64,000 nt of DNA, taken from contig CAWIQY010000021.1 of assembly GCA_963838375.1 (NCBI GenBank), positions 308,955 through 372,954 of the forward strand, in the 5' to 3' direction. How positions within the stretch are numbered: position 1 is the stretch's first letter; each line of letters begins with the position of its first letter. The notes below the pieces were generated by a model that saw only the letters and a program-made list of their open reading frames with translations, did not search any database and was not told the origin of the DNA. A program made the position numbers and the translations under genes. This stretch comes from an uncultured cyanobacterium (GTDB taxonomy: Bacteria > Cyanobacteriota > Cyanobacteriia > Cyanobacteriales > Geitlerinemataceae). Positions 1-9,242 of the stretch are shown one piece after another.

Positions 1-2
1 AA

Positions 3-2318
3 AAACTCGCTCCGCCTGCTCTGGAATCGGACACCGAGGAAACTTTACTCGAAGAAATTTGGGGAGAGCCCGACAGCGAAGAAGCCGAATCTTTAGAAGA
101 AATTTGGCAGGCAGAAGAAAATCGATCGGCGCATCGAGCCGCAGCACAAACACCTCAAAGTCAGGAAATCGCTGACGACCCCTCCATTTCGATCCCGACC
201 GAACGCCTCACCGAAAAACCCAATATCCAAGATGGCGAAATCATAGATGTCGAGCAGTTGTCTACATTTGCAGATGAAAGCCAACAGCGAGATGCACCCA
301 AACAAAAAATCGGTGCGGCAGGGTCTCCTCAATTAGTCAGCATTGAATTAAAAGGAATCGAGAATCTCAACCATCGTGTGGGAGAACTGTTAATCGGTCA
401 AAATCGACAAGCTCTAGAAGTGGAACGGCTGAAACGATCGACCCAAGATATTCGGTCCCAAATCGAGCGTCATCAAGAAACGGTCAATCGATTGCTGAGT
501 TGGATCGAGCATATTCAAGACGGACGAGATCGCCATTCCCTCGATCTGGGAAATTTTCCCGCATCGCCGCAACTTCCCTCCCAATTTCTTCCTGGGTTTG
601 AGGAACTAGACATCGAACATTACACCGAACTGCGTGCCGCGTTACAGTTATCTGCCACTGAAGTCGGACAACTGGAAACCGCTGCTGAAAATATAGACTT
701 TTTGGCACGAGAATCCTCCCGCGCCATCGAAAAACAACGGCAAATCTTATCCGTCATGCAAGACGATTTGGTAGCCGTGCGCATGCTACCCATCGGAGAA
801 ATTTTGGAGCGCTTCCCGCTGACGCTCGAGCAGTTGTGTCGGGTGGAAGGAAAATCTATCCAGATGCAACTGAGCGGCACTGAATTATTTGTCGATCGAG
901 CGATCGCTAAAAAATTGTACGATCCTTTGTTACACCTGCTGCGCAACGCTTTCGACCACGGTATCGAACCCCCCGAAGTTCGCAGCCAACAAGGCAAACC
1001 CGAAACGGGAACCATCGAAATTCGGGCTTATAATCAAGGGACTCAAACCTTCATTGAAGTGCGAGACGACGGTCAAGGCTTAAATATCGAGTGGATTCGC
1101 CAAAAAGCCGTGGAGGGAAAATTCCTCACCGAAGAAGAAGCCAACCAACTCGACTTGGAAAATTTAATCGAAGTGATTTTCGAGCCGGGATTCTCCACCG
1201 CTCGGTCGGTCAGCGATATTTCTGGACGCGGCATCGGACTCGATGTGGTGCGTTCCCAACTGCAAAACCTCGACGGCAATATTACCGTCCAAACCAAACC
1301 TAGAGTCGGAACCACCTTTATCATGCAAATTCCCTTGACCTTAACCATTTCCAAGTTGATGGTCGTCCAAGCTGGGGGTTCGCTTTATGCCTTGTTGGTG
1401 GATGCCATCGAAAAAATTCTCCTCCCCCAACCCGAACAGATCGGCTTATTTGAAAATCAACGGGTGTTGCACTGGGAAATCGACACAAAAAAAATGATGA
1501 TTCCCGTGCGCCAACTGGCTGACTTGATGCACTACACCTCTTCGCTAGCCGATCCGATCGTCGATCCCGAACGGGGAACATTGTACCTGACTCGGGAAAC
1601 GTCGGCTCCCGTATTACTCCTGGCTCGCGACGGACAGCGTCTGGGGTTGGAAGTAGACCAGATTCTCGGAGAACAAGAGTTGGTCATCCGACGTTTGGGA
1701 AATGCGATCGCCCCCCCGAGTTACGTCTACGGGTGCAGTATCCTCAACGATGGTAGCTTGACCTTGGCGATCGATGGGGTTGCCTTGATGCAAAACATCT
1801 TGAAACCCGTACCGAAGCCGAGTCTCCCGGTGAGGTACTCCCCAAAAACCGAGGTATCCCGGTCAAAACGCTCCATACTACCCCCGTCACCCCCACGGAC
1901 GGTTGAGCTTCCCCCTCAGCCTTCCCCCCCAGCCCAAATCGCCCCGCACACCCCGCAAATCCTGATTGTTGATGACTCGTTGAACCTGCGTTATTCTTTG
2001 AGTACGACCTTGGAGAAGGCGGGTTATCACGTATTTCAGGCACAAGACGGTCAGGATGCAGTCGAGCTCCTCCGAGAGCATACCGATATAGATTTGGTGT
2101 TGTGCGACGTGGAAATGCCCCGGATGAATGGATTTAAGTTTTTAAACTATTGCCGGCAAGATCCGACTCTTTCTCAACTGCCGATCGCGATGCTGACTTC
2201 CCATACCAGCACTAAACATCGCCAACTGGCGACAGAATTGGGCGCGGTTGCTTATCTAACGAAGCCCTATGCCGAAGCCGAGTTACTCGAAACCCTCGGA
2301 GGAATCTTAGCACGTTAG
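3..2318 (+). CDS. CheA-like hybrid histidine kinase with C-terminal receiver domain (HmpE/PilL-C-like chemotaxis-type kinase of the type IV pilus motility pathway). 5'-partial: the reading frame is open from the window start.
   Basis: Frame 3 has no stop from nt 3. The upstream part is acidic (EEIWGEPDSEEAESLEEIW). HATPase_c motifs are present (DHGIEPPEVR, GRGIGLDVV), followed by a CheW-like domain. A C-terminal REC domain carries the phospho-acceptor context (ILIVDDS ... LVLCDVEMP ... LTKP). Confidence 0.85.
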   Translation, partial: KLAPPALESDTEETLLEEIWGEPDSEEAESLEEIWQAEENRSAHRAAAQTPQSQEIADDPSISIPTERLTEKPNIQDGEIIDVEQLSTFADESQQRDAPKQKIGAAGSPQLVSIELKGIENLNHRVGELLIGQNRQALEVERLKRSTQDIRSQIERHQETVNRLLSWIEHIQDGRDRHSLDLGNFPASPQLPSQFLPGFEELDIEHYTELRAALQLSATEVGQLETAAENIDFLARESSRAIEKQRQILSVMQDDLVAVRMLPIGEILERFPLTLEQLCRVEGKSIQMQLSGTELFVDRAIAKKLYDPLLHLLRNAFDHGIEPPEVRSQQGKPETGTIEIRAYNQGTQTFIEVRDDGQGLNIEWIRQKAVEGKFLTEEEANQLDLENLIEVIFEPGFSTARSVSDISGRGIGLDVVRSQLQNLDGNITVQTKPRVGTTFIMQIPLTLTISKLMVVQAGGSLYALLVDAIEKILLPQPEQIGLFENQRVLHWEIDTKKMMIPVRQLADLMHYTSSLADPIVDPERGTLYLTRETSAPVLLLARDGQRLGLEVDQILGEQELVIRRLGNAIAPPSYVYGCSILNDGSLTLAIDGVALMQNILKPVPKPSLPVRYSPKTEVSRSKRSILPPSPPRTVELPPQPSPPAQIAPHTPQILIVDDSLNLRYSLSTTLEKAGYHVFQAQDGQDAVELLREHTDIDLVLCDVEMPRMNGFKFLNYCRQDPTLSQLPIAMLTSHTSTKHRQLATELGAVAYLTKPYAEAELLETLGGILAR

Positions 2319-2322
2319 CTTT

Positions 2323-2556
2323 TTATGGCGACTCAACCCCACTGAACTGACCCAACTGAACACTCACACTGTCCAAACGTTTATCCCCAGGATGATAGGA
2401 GAGAATTTCTAGTCCGATCGGCTCACCCGTTGTGGAGTCCTTAATCAAAATTATGCCATCTCCCAGTTCAGTGCTGATTTGTTCTTTTCTCGGAGTCTGC
2501 CAAAATACGGTTAACAATTCTGTTTCGGGTTCGTAAAAAATTTTTACCTGTGCCAT
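2323..2556 (-). CDS. DUF2283-family small protein (putative antitoxin-like partner of DUF4258)
   Basis: 77 aa. The N-terminus MAQVKIFYEPETELLTVFW matches the MKIxYDPEADALYI start of DUF2283. It overlaps the upstream DUF4258-like reading frame by 13 nt. Confidence 0.55.
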   Translation of the reverse strand: MAQVKIFYEPETELLTVFWQTPRKEQISTELGDGIILIKDSTTGEPIGLEILSYHPGDKRLDSVSVQLGQFSGVESP

Positions 2557-2846
2557 AGTATCTCTCCCTCTTTAATTGCATCTGTTTGGTAAGCCGTAAT
2601 CAAGAACCCCTCTCCATTTAAGCGTCGAGCCACTGCCACAACCCATCGATTCTCGTTTCGTACCAAATAAAATAGCAACACCTCGTTATCTCGGCTGCTA
2701 CGACGAATTTCATCCGGCGCAGCTAGGGCTTACTGAACCAACTCCTCTAACATCTCAATATCCGGATGCTTAAGGATTAACCGTTGCCAGTAGCTCTCAG
2801 AAGTTCTGACGGTAAATCCAAGTGGTGTCAGGATTTCAAACTTCAC
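2544..2846 (-). pseudogene. DUF4258-family (toxin-like) gene disrupted by a frameshift
   Basis: Minus-strand translation gives VKFEILTPLGFTVRTSESYWQRLILKHPDIEMLEELVQ* in one frame. A second frame continues ...PDEIRRSSRDNEVLLFYLVRNENRWVVAVARRLNGEGFLITAYQTDAIKEGEILWHR, with the VITAY..KI.KG C-terminal signature of DUF4258. Neither piece reaches 60 aa, so both are absent from the ORF track. Confidence 0.45.
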
Positions 2847-3540
2847 TTACCCTCTCTTATATAGTACAAATCTTGCTTCAAATTTTAACGGATTGTGTGT
2901 CCGATCGAAATTTGATTGGGTAACGTAACCATATGGCAAGAACGTTTGTATTATAATCAGTAGAGAATTTCCCAGTTTCGTGTGCAGGTATTTTTTAGTT
3001 TATTTTCGCTATCATTTCATCCATGACTATCTGTCGCTTAAGCCTGTCATCTGTAAGATCTTCCATAGAAGTCATAATATCCACTGCTTGCTTAAACGGA
3101 TCTAAAGCAGAACTTCCCGCCTTAGTAAAAGCCTTGATTATTTTTTGAGAATAAGGTTCTATTTTCTTTTAATTCAGCTTTGGAACATCCTTTCCTGCTA
3201 CGATAGCTCTGACTAAAACCAGAATATGCCAAACTTTTAAATTAACCATTATAGAATCGTCTAGATTCGCACGGTTTTCATATAAAACATTTGAAGTTTG
3301 GCAGCCATTAACAATCTGATAATTTTCGAGGTGGAGGTTACTACCTTGAATGCGTACATTGGGACTAACGATAGTAATACCATATAGAAATCCTAAATGG
3401 GCTTTCAGAAGGCAGAAGGGAGGAGGCAGGAAGCTTTTATATTACTCACCCTTAAAAGAGTGAGATTGAAGTAAGAATGTTTTCTACCTCGCTGCAAGCC
3501 GTCTCGGTCTAATTATTAATTAGACTGACTCGATTTATAT

Positions 3541-3594
3541 ACTTACACAATTCTATATACTTACACAATTCTATATACTTACACAATTCTATCA
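3541..3594. repeat. Perfect tandem repeat, 18-bp unit ACTTACACAATTCTATAT x3
   Basis: The unit is read directly at 3541-3558 and 3559-3576. A third copy at 3577-3594 has a diverged last 2 nt. The array is preceded by a partial 'tatat'. Confidence 0.9.
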
Positions 3595-3608
3595 GATGGA
3601 AGAAAAAG

Positions 3609-3785
3609 TTACAGGTGATTTGAAGAATTTAAGTCAATATACAGACAGATTGTCTGTATAAAACCGTATATTTCCCTTGATTCTCTCAAAGCTAAATCTC
3701 GAACAGCTATGGCTGTTATGCCAAAAGTGGCAGTAATCCACACAGCCAGCGCTGGCGATAGATGAACATTCAACCAGATTGTCAT
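3609..3785 (-). pseudogene. Truncated DUF5615 (Mut7-C/PIN-like toxin) gene
   Basis: Minus-strand ORF MTIWLNVHLSPALAVWITATFGITAIAVRDLALRESREIYGFIQTICLYIDLNSSNHL* is 58 aa, roughly half the usual length. Its ATG overlaps the stop of the upstream DUF433 frame (ATGA-type overlap). It ends a few nt before the 18-bp tandem repeat. Confidence 0.4.
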
Positions 3786-3990
3786 GCGGCTAGAACGGGA
3801 TGGTCGAGTTTGCGGACGGCATAGAGAAGCGCAGCTTTGAGATCTTCTAGTTCCAAGTCGGGCAATTCTTCAAGAATTTGCTCAAAACTCAAACCCGCAG
3901 CCAGCAACTCCAGGATATCGATGACTCGAATCCGCATTCCTCGGATGCAGGGACGACCGCCACATTGTCTTGGGTTTACCGTAATTCTGT
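3782..3990 (-). CDS. DUF433-family protein (antitoxin-like partner of DUF5615); possibly N-terminally damaged
   Basis: Minus-strand translation ...TVNPRQCGGRPCIRGMRIRVIDILELLAAGLSFEQILEELPDLELEDLKAALLYAVRKLDHPVLAA* matches the DUF433 core (CGGKPCIRGTRI...). No in-frame ATG/GTG lies between an upstream TAG and the conserved core, so the true start is unclear. Confidence 0.5.
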
Positions 3991-4038
3991 CAAACTAAGG
4001 ATGTCAGCATGGGTGGGAATGGTCTGAAACCTTTGTCT

Positions 4039-4623
4039 CTAGCTTACTTCATTTAATCGATCCAAACTCACACCGCGATATAACTCCTCGATCGCCAATT
4101 CAAGCTCAATACTCTGAAAGATTACTGTATCGCCCGCACCATAAACCACGGTTTCCCACCGTTCTCCACTCCCATTTTTCACCCGATGACGACACTCCAC
4201 CTGCATTTCATCTTGCGAGATTAGAACATACTCTTCCAACGATTCAATCTGTCGGTAATCCTCAAACTTATCACCCCTGTCAAACTTTTCTGTAGAAGGA
4301 GATAGCACCTCAGTAATCAACTTAGGATACCGCTTCACATACCGATCTCCCAAATCTCGAGCATCGCAGGTAACGAAGGCATCCGGATAGTAGAAAAACG
4401 CATCCGCATAATTGACCTTGACATCACCGGAAAAAAACTGACAGTCACCCGCGCGTAGGTGAAGATTAATCGCCGTTAAAAAATTAATCGTGAGACGGCT
4501 ATGGTCATCGCTGCCGCCCGCCATTGCGTAGACTAAACCGCGCCGATATTCATGCCGCACGATCGTCTCGCGTTCGAGAGCCAGGTACTCTTGGGGACTA
4601 AACCCTGACGGGATGGCAACCAT
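4039..4623 (-). CDS. Uma2-family (DUF820) restriction-endonuclease-like protein
   Basis: 194 aa. The N-terminus (SPQEYLALERETIVRHEYRRG) and overall architecture are typical of the cyanobacterial Uma2/DUF820 family. A second copy lies at 16497-17060. Confidence 0.7.
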   Translation of the reverse strand: MVAIPSGFSPQEYLALERETIVRHEYRRGLVYAMAGGSDDHSRLTINFLTAINLHLRAGDCQFFSGDVKVNYADAFFYYPDAFVTCDARDLGDRYVKRYPKLITEVLSPSTEKFDRGDKFEDYRQIESLEEYVLISQDEMQVECRHRVKNGSGERWETVVYGAGDTVIFQSIELELAIEELYRGVSLDRLNEVS

Positions 4624-4650
4624 GACGTAGCAGACAAAATCAATACTTGA

Positions 4651-4690
4651 ATTGTAGCGATTTTAGCGTTCCAATTAAAATCGCTACAAT
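4651..4690. promoter_or_regulatory. Perfect 15-bp inverted repeat (ATTGTAGCGATTTTA-N10-TAAAATCGCTACAAT) in the divergent Uma2/carA intergenic region, 5 nt upstream of a consensus -10 TATAAT at 4696-4701. Candidate operator or bidirectional hairpin.
   Basis: Both arms were read directly and are exact reverse complements. TATAAT follows on the + strand about 90 nt upstream of the carA ATG. Confidence 0.4.
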
Positions 4691-4792
4691 CGATCGTCGT
4701 ATAATGTCCTAAAAAATTCCCCGATCGACAGTGAGTAGAATCTCTGCGATCGTGGGATAATAGCGCCGATTGTTAAGCTATCCCGATTCGCT

Positions 4793-5935
4793 ATGCCCAT
4801 CTCTGGTGCTACTCCCGCTCTCTTGGTTCTCGCCGATGGAACCGTCTATCGCGGCCGATCGTTTGGGGCAACGGGAACGACCATCGGTGAAGTCGTTTTC
4901 AATACAGGCATCACCGGATATCAAGAAGTCCTGACCGATCCCAGTTACTGCGGTCAAATTGTCACCTTCACTTACCCCGAACTGGGCAACGTGGGGGTCA
5001 ACCCCGAGGATGAAGAATCCAGCCATCCTCACGTCAGAGGAGCAATTGCCCGCAACATCAGCCCGCGTCCGAGTAACTGGCGATCGACCCAATCCCTACC
5101 CGATTATCTCAAACAACACAACATCCCCGGCATTTACGGCATCGATACCCGCGCCCTCACCCGCAAACTTCGATCGATCGGTGCCATAAACGGTGGGATT
5201 TCTACGGAAATTCTCGACCCCGAAGAATTATTAATCAAAGTTCAAGCTGCCCCCAGCATGGCAGGATCGAACTTGGTTCCCAACGTCACCACAGCCGAAC
5301 CTTACGAGTGGACAGAATCTACTGACGCCGCTTGGGAGTTCAGTCCCGGTGTTCGACAAAACCCCGGTGAGGCTTTAACGGTGGTGGCGATCGATTTTGG
5401 CGTGAAACGGAACATCCTGCGGCGCTTAGCCAGCTACGGCTGTAAAGTCATCGTCGTTCCGGCTAACACCCCACCAGAAGACATTCTCAAATACAACCCC
5501 GACGGGATCTTCCTCTCCAACGGACCGGGCGACCCTGCCGCCGTCACCGAAGGGATGGAAACGGCTAAAGTTCTCCTGGAAAGCCAAAAACCCATGTTTG
5601 GGATTTGTATGGGACATCAAATTTTGGGTCGGTCTTTGGGGGCAACCACGTTTAAACTCAAATTCGGGCATCGCGGACTCAATCAACCCTGCGGGCTCAC
5701 CCAACAGGTGGAAATTACCAGCCAAAACCATGGATTTGCCCTCGAAGCCGATTCCCTCGCGGCGGATGTCGAAATTACTCATCTCAACCTCAACGATCGT
5801 ACCGTTGCCGGGTTACGGCACAAATCTCTGCCGCTATTCTCCGTTCAGTATCATCCCGAAGCCAGTCCCGGACCTCACGATGCCGACTACCTGTTCGAGA
5901 ACTTTGTCCGTACCATGCGGGAAGCCAAGAGGTAA
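4793..5935 (+). CDS. carA: Carbamoyl-phosphate synthase small (glutamine amidotransferase) subunit
   Basis: 380 aa. The CPSase small-chain N-domain and a class-I GATase domain are present, with the catalytic Cys context ICMGHQIL and the HPE triad region. Confidence 0.95.
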   Translation: MPISGATPALLVLADGTVYRGRSFGATGTTIGEVVFNTGITGYQEVLTDPSYCGQIVTFTYPELGNVGVNPEDEESSHPHVRGAIARNISPRPSNWRSTQSLPDYLKQHNIPGIYGIDTRALTRKLRSIGAINGGISTEILDPEELLIKVQAAPSMAGSNLVPNVTTAEPYEWTESTDAAWEFSPGVRQNPGEALTVVAIDFGVKRNILRRLASYGCKVIVVPANTPPEDILKYNPDGIFLSNGPGDPAAVTEGMETAKVLLESQKPMFGICMGHQILGRSLGATTFKLKFGHRGLNQPCGLTQQVEITSQNHGFALEADSLAADVEITHLNLNDRTVAGLRHKSLPLFSVQYHPEASPGPHDADYLFENFVRTMREAKR

Positions 5936-6390
5936 TGGGTAATCGGTCCGTTCCTCAACGCACCCAACTCCTTGACAAACCTAAAAACTTTTCGCAAGGT
6001 GTCTAACTTCCGTCCCGATCTTCGGTAAAATAGCCACCTGCGGATCTGCGATCGAGTGGTCGTGCAATTGCCCGATCCCCACGTGTCAAGTTTGACACGA
6101 GTAACAAGACCCGAAAAGTCAAGCATTAGGCTACAAAGCCAAAACAGTGTACCGTGGGGCACACGGGAACGAGAAGAGAAATCTTCTAACGCTTGGGGAG
6201 ATCGTCCCTTTGGAGTTGTCTAAGTTAGGCTTGGTGCTTGGGCGCGATCGAACGGGTATTTAGTTTAAGCATTGCCGACAGGATAGGCAATTGAAAGACG
6301 TATCGCTGAACCCAGAATCTCCGTGGCGTCAGCCTGGAGAGTGTCAAGAAATCCTCAACCCTATTTTTTGTTGTCATTGAGCTGCCGATA

Positions 6391-7974
6391 ATGTCCAAGG
6401 TTCTTGTTTCCGATCCCATCGATCCAGTAGGAATCGAAATTCTCTCTCAAGTTGCCCAGGTCGATGTCAAAACCGGTTTGCCGCCTGCGGAACTGACTAA
6501 AATCATCTCCGACTACGACGCGCTGATGATTCGTTCCGGAACTCAAGTCACTCAAGAAGTGATAGAGGCGGGAACCCAGCTCAAGATTATCGGTCGAGCG
6601 GGAGTGGGCGTCGATAATGTGGACGTTGCCACTGCCACTCGCAAGGGGATTGTGGTCGTTAATTCCCCAGAAGGAAATACGATCGCCGCAGCCGAACACG
6701 CCCTGGCGATGATGCTATCCCTATCCCGCTACATCCCCGAAGCCAATCAATCGGTCAAAAGTGGCAAGTGGGATCGTAAAGCTTTTGTGGGAGCAGAAGT
6801 CTACAAAAAAACCCTCGGCGTCGTCGGTTTGGGTAAAATTGGCTCCCACGTCGCCAAAGCGGCTAAAGCTATGGGCATGAAGCTGCTGGCTTACGATCCG
6901 TTCATTTCCATCGAACGTGCCGATCAACTCGGTTGCCGTATTGTCGAACTCGACTTGTTGGTGCGCGAAGCCGACTACATCACCTTGCATATGCCGAAAA
7001 CCCCGGAAACGGCAAACCTGCTGAATGCCGAAACTCTGGCGAAAATGAAACCCACGGCTCGAATTATCAACTGCGCTCGCGGTGGATTGATCGACGAGGC
7101 GGCATTGGCACAGGCGCTCGAAGAAGGGCGCATTGCGGGCGCGGCGATGGACGTATTTGGCAACGAACCCCTAGAAGCGGATTCTCCTTTGCGTAAGTTA
7201 GGAAAAAATCTGATCCTGACACCCCACCTAGGGGCATCCACCGCCGAAGCCCAAGTCAACGTAGCCATCGATGTTGCCGAGCAAATTCGCGACGTGCTGC
7301 TGGGACTCCCCGCCCGATCGGCAGTGAACATTCCCGGACTGTATCCAGATACCATGGAGAAACTCCGCCCCTATCTGCAACTTGCCGAAACCCTGGGAAA
7401 TCTGGTCGGTCAGTTGGCAGGAGGTCGAGTAGACCAGCTCAATGTCCGACTACAAGGCGATCTCGCCGATGTGGAAAGCAAACCGATCGTCATCGCCGCG
7501 CTCAAGGGTCTGCTCTCCCCAGCCCTGCGAGAACGGGTCAATTACGTCAATGCCAGTATCGAAGCTAAAGAACGAGGCATTCGCGTCATCGAAACCCGAG
7601 ATGCCTCCATTCGCGACTATACGGGGTCTTTGCTGCTGGAAGCCAAAGGATCTCTAGGCGAGCATACCGTTACGGGTATTTTGCTCGGCGATTCGGAAAT
7701 TCGCATCACCAACGTGGATGATTTCCCCATCAACGTGCCCCCCATCCAGAATATGCTGTTTACCCGACACCGCGATATGCCGGGAATTATCGGCAAAATT
7801 GGTTCCCTGTTGGGCAGCTTTAATGTCAATATCGCCAGCATGCAGGTGGGACGCCAAATCGTTCGCGGCGATGCAGTGATGGTTTTGAGTCTCGACGATC
7901 CTTTACCCGATGGGATTTTAGATGAGATTATTAAGGTGGCAGGAATTCGGGATGCGTATACGGTTACGCTTTAA
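6391..7974 (+). CDS. serA: D-3-phosphoglycerate dehydrogenase
   Basis: 527 aa. It has a 2-hydroxyacid dehydrogenase fold (GLGKIGSHVA NAD-binding motif), a long C-terminal extension and a terminal ACT domain. Length and architecture match SerA. Confidence 0.93.
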   Translation: MSKVLVSDPIDPVGIEILSQVAQVDVKTGLPPAELTKIISDYDALMIRSGTQVTQEVIEAGTQLKIIGRAGVGVDNVDVATATRKGIVVVNSPEGNTIAAAEHALAMMLSLSRYIPEANQSVKSGKWDRKAFVGAEVYKKTLGVVGLGKIGSHVAKAAKAMGMKLLAYDPFISIERADQLGCRIVELDLLVREADYITLHMPKTPETANLLNAETLAKMKPTARIINCARGGLIDEAALAQALEEGRIAGAAMDVFGNEPLEADSPLRKLGKNLILTPHLGASTAEAQVNVAIDVAEQIRDVLLGLPARSAVNIPGLYPDTMEKLRPYLQLAETLGNLVGQLAGGRVDQLNVRLQGDLADVESKPIVIAALKGLLSPALRERVNYVNASIEAKERGIRVIETRDASIRDYTGSLLLEAKGSLGEHTVTGILLGDSEIRITNVDDFPINVPPIQNMLFTRHRDMPGIIGKIGSLLGSFNVNIASMQVGRQIVRGDAVMVLSLDDPLPDGILDEIIKVAGIRDAYTVTL

Positions 7975-8055
7975 GGGGCGCTTTGGTTAGTGATTAGGGG
8001 GATCGTGAATTTTGAATTCTCTCCCCCTCCTGCAACTCCTGCAACTTCTTCTTAA

Positions 8056-8951
8056 ATGGCAAATAGCTGGTGGGAAATTAAAGTTTTGAGCGATCCGACG
8101 CTGGAAGAATTAATCTTTTGGCGTTTGAGTCAGTTTGGATGTCGGGGAACAGCCAGTCAGATGCAAGACAACGCTTGCCTGGTGTCGGCTTACTTACCTC
8201 AAGAAAGCACCCAATTGCTGGATTTGGCAGCACTGTCGCTATGGTTGCGCCAGGATGCCTTATCCGTGAGCGGACCGCCTCCAGCAATGGAATGGAATCT
8301 CATCGATGAGGAAGATTGGTCTAGTAGCTGGAAGGAACACTGGCATCCGCTAGAAGTGGGCGATCGTTTCTTAATCTATCCGGCGTGGCTTGAGGTTCCC
8401 ACCGTTTGCGATCGCATTGTGCTGCGCCTCGACCCCGGTGTGGCGTTTGGAACCGGGGCTCATGCCACTACCCAATTGTGTTTGGAATCTTTGGAGATGC
8501 GCTTGGGAGGGGACATAGCTGACATAACGATCGCTGATATTGGTTGCGGGTCGGGTATTTTGTCGATCGCTGCGGCTTTGCTCGGGGCCCCCACATCTAT
8601 GCATTGGATACCGATCCCCTTGCCATAAAATCGACGATTAGCAATCGGGAACTGAACAATATTGATGCCAAACAACTCCATACCGAAATTGGTAGTTTAG
8701 ATCGGGCGATCGAATTGGCAGGCGACCCTGTAGATGGCTTTCTTTGCAACATTCTGGCTGAAGTCATCGAAGAAATGGTTCCTCGGTTTGAAGCCATTTC
8801 CAAACCCACGACTTGGGGAATTATCAGTGGGGTTCTACTCTCGCAAGCTAAAGCGATGGCAGATGTTTTAGAACAAAATGGTTGGATGGTAGCAACCCTT
8901 TGGAAGCGTCAGGATTGGTGTTGTTTCAATATCCGTCGATCGCCGTATTAA
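8056..8951 (+). CDS. prmA: Ribosomal protein L11 methyltransferase, with an apparent -1/+1 frameshift near 8585-8600
   Basis: The N-terminal part (8056-8628) ends ...[18 protein letters not shown] (SAM-binding motif I). The C-terminal part continues in another frame (8544-8951) as ...[23 protein letters not shown]... NILAEVI. The switch coincides with the homopolymer 'ggggccccc'. Confidence 0.75.
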
Positions 8952-9242
8952 ATGGGTTAATGGTTATTTCCCGCACCCTGAATGTCCGAGAAACTTGACA
9001 AATTTCATGGTGACGATCGCTCCTAAAACCCTTAAAATGATTTGGATTTAGCTATAACGCTTGAGTCTCCACGGGAAAATGATGGTATGTTGAGCAGTCC
9101 TTCTATCTGAGAGAGATAACCGTCGGCAGGGGCGATTAGGACAGAAAATTGGCTCAATGGGAACCGGGAACAAGAAGATGTCAAACACCCCTCTAGCAAC
9201 TAACAACTAACCACTAACAATTAACAATTAACTAAAATCGTT

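Noticed and set aside
5940-6390. Possible 6S RNA or other housekeeping ncRNA in the carA-serA spacer
   Set aside because: I could not recognise conserved 6S, RNase P or tmRNA sequence features by eye. Only the palindrome at 6082-6101 is reported.
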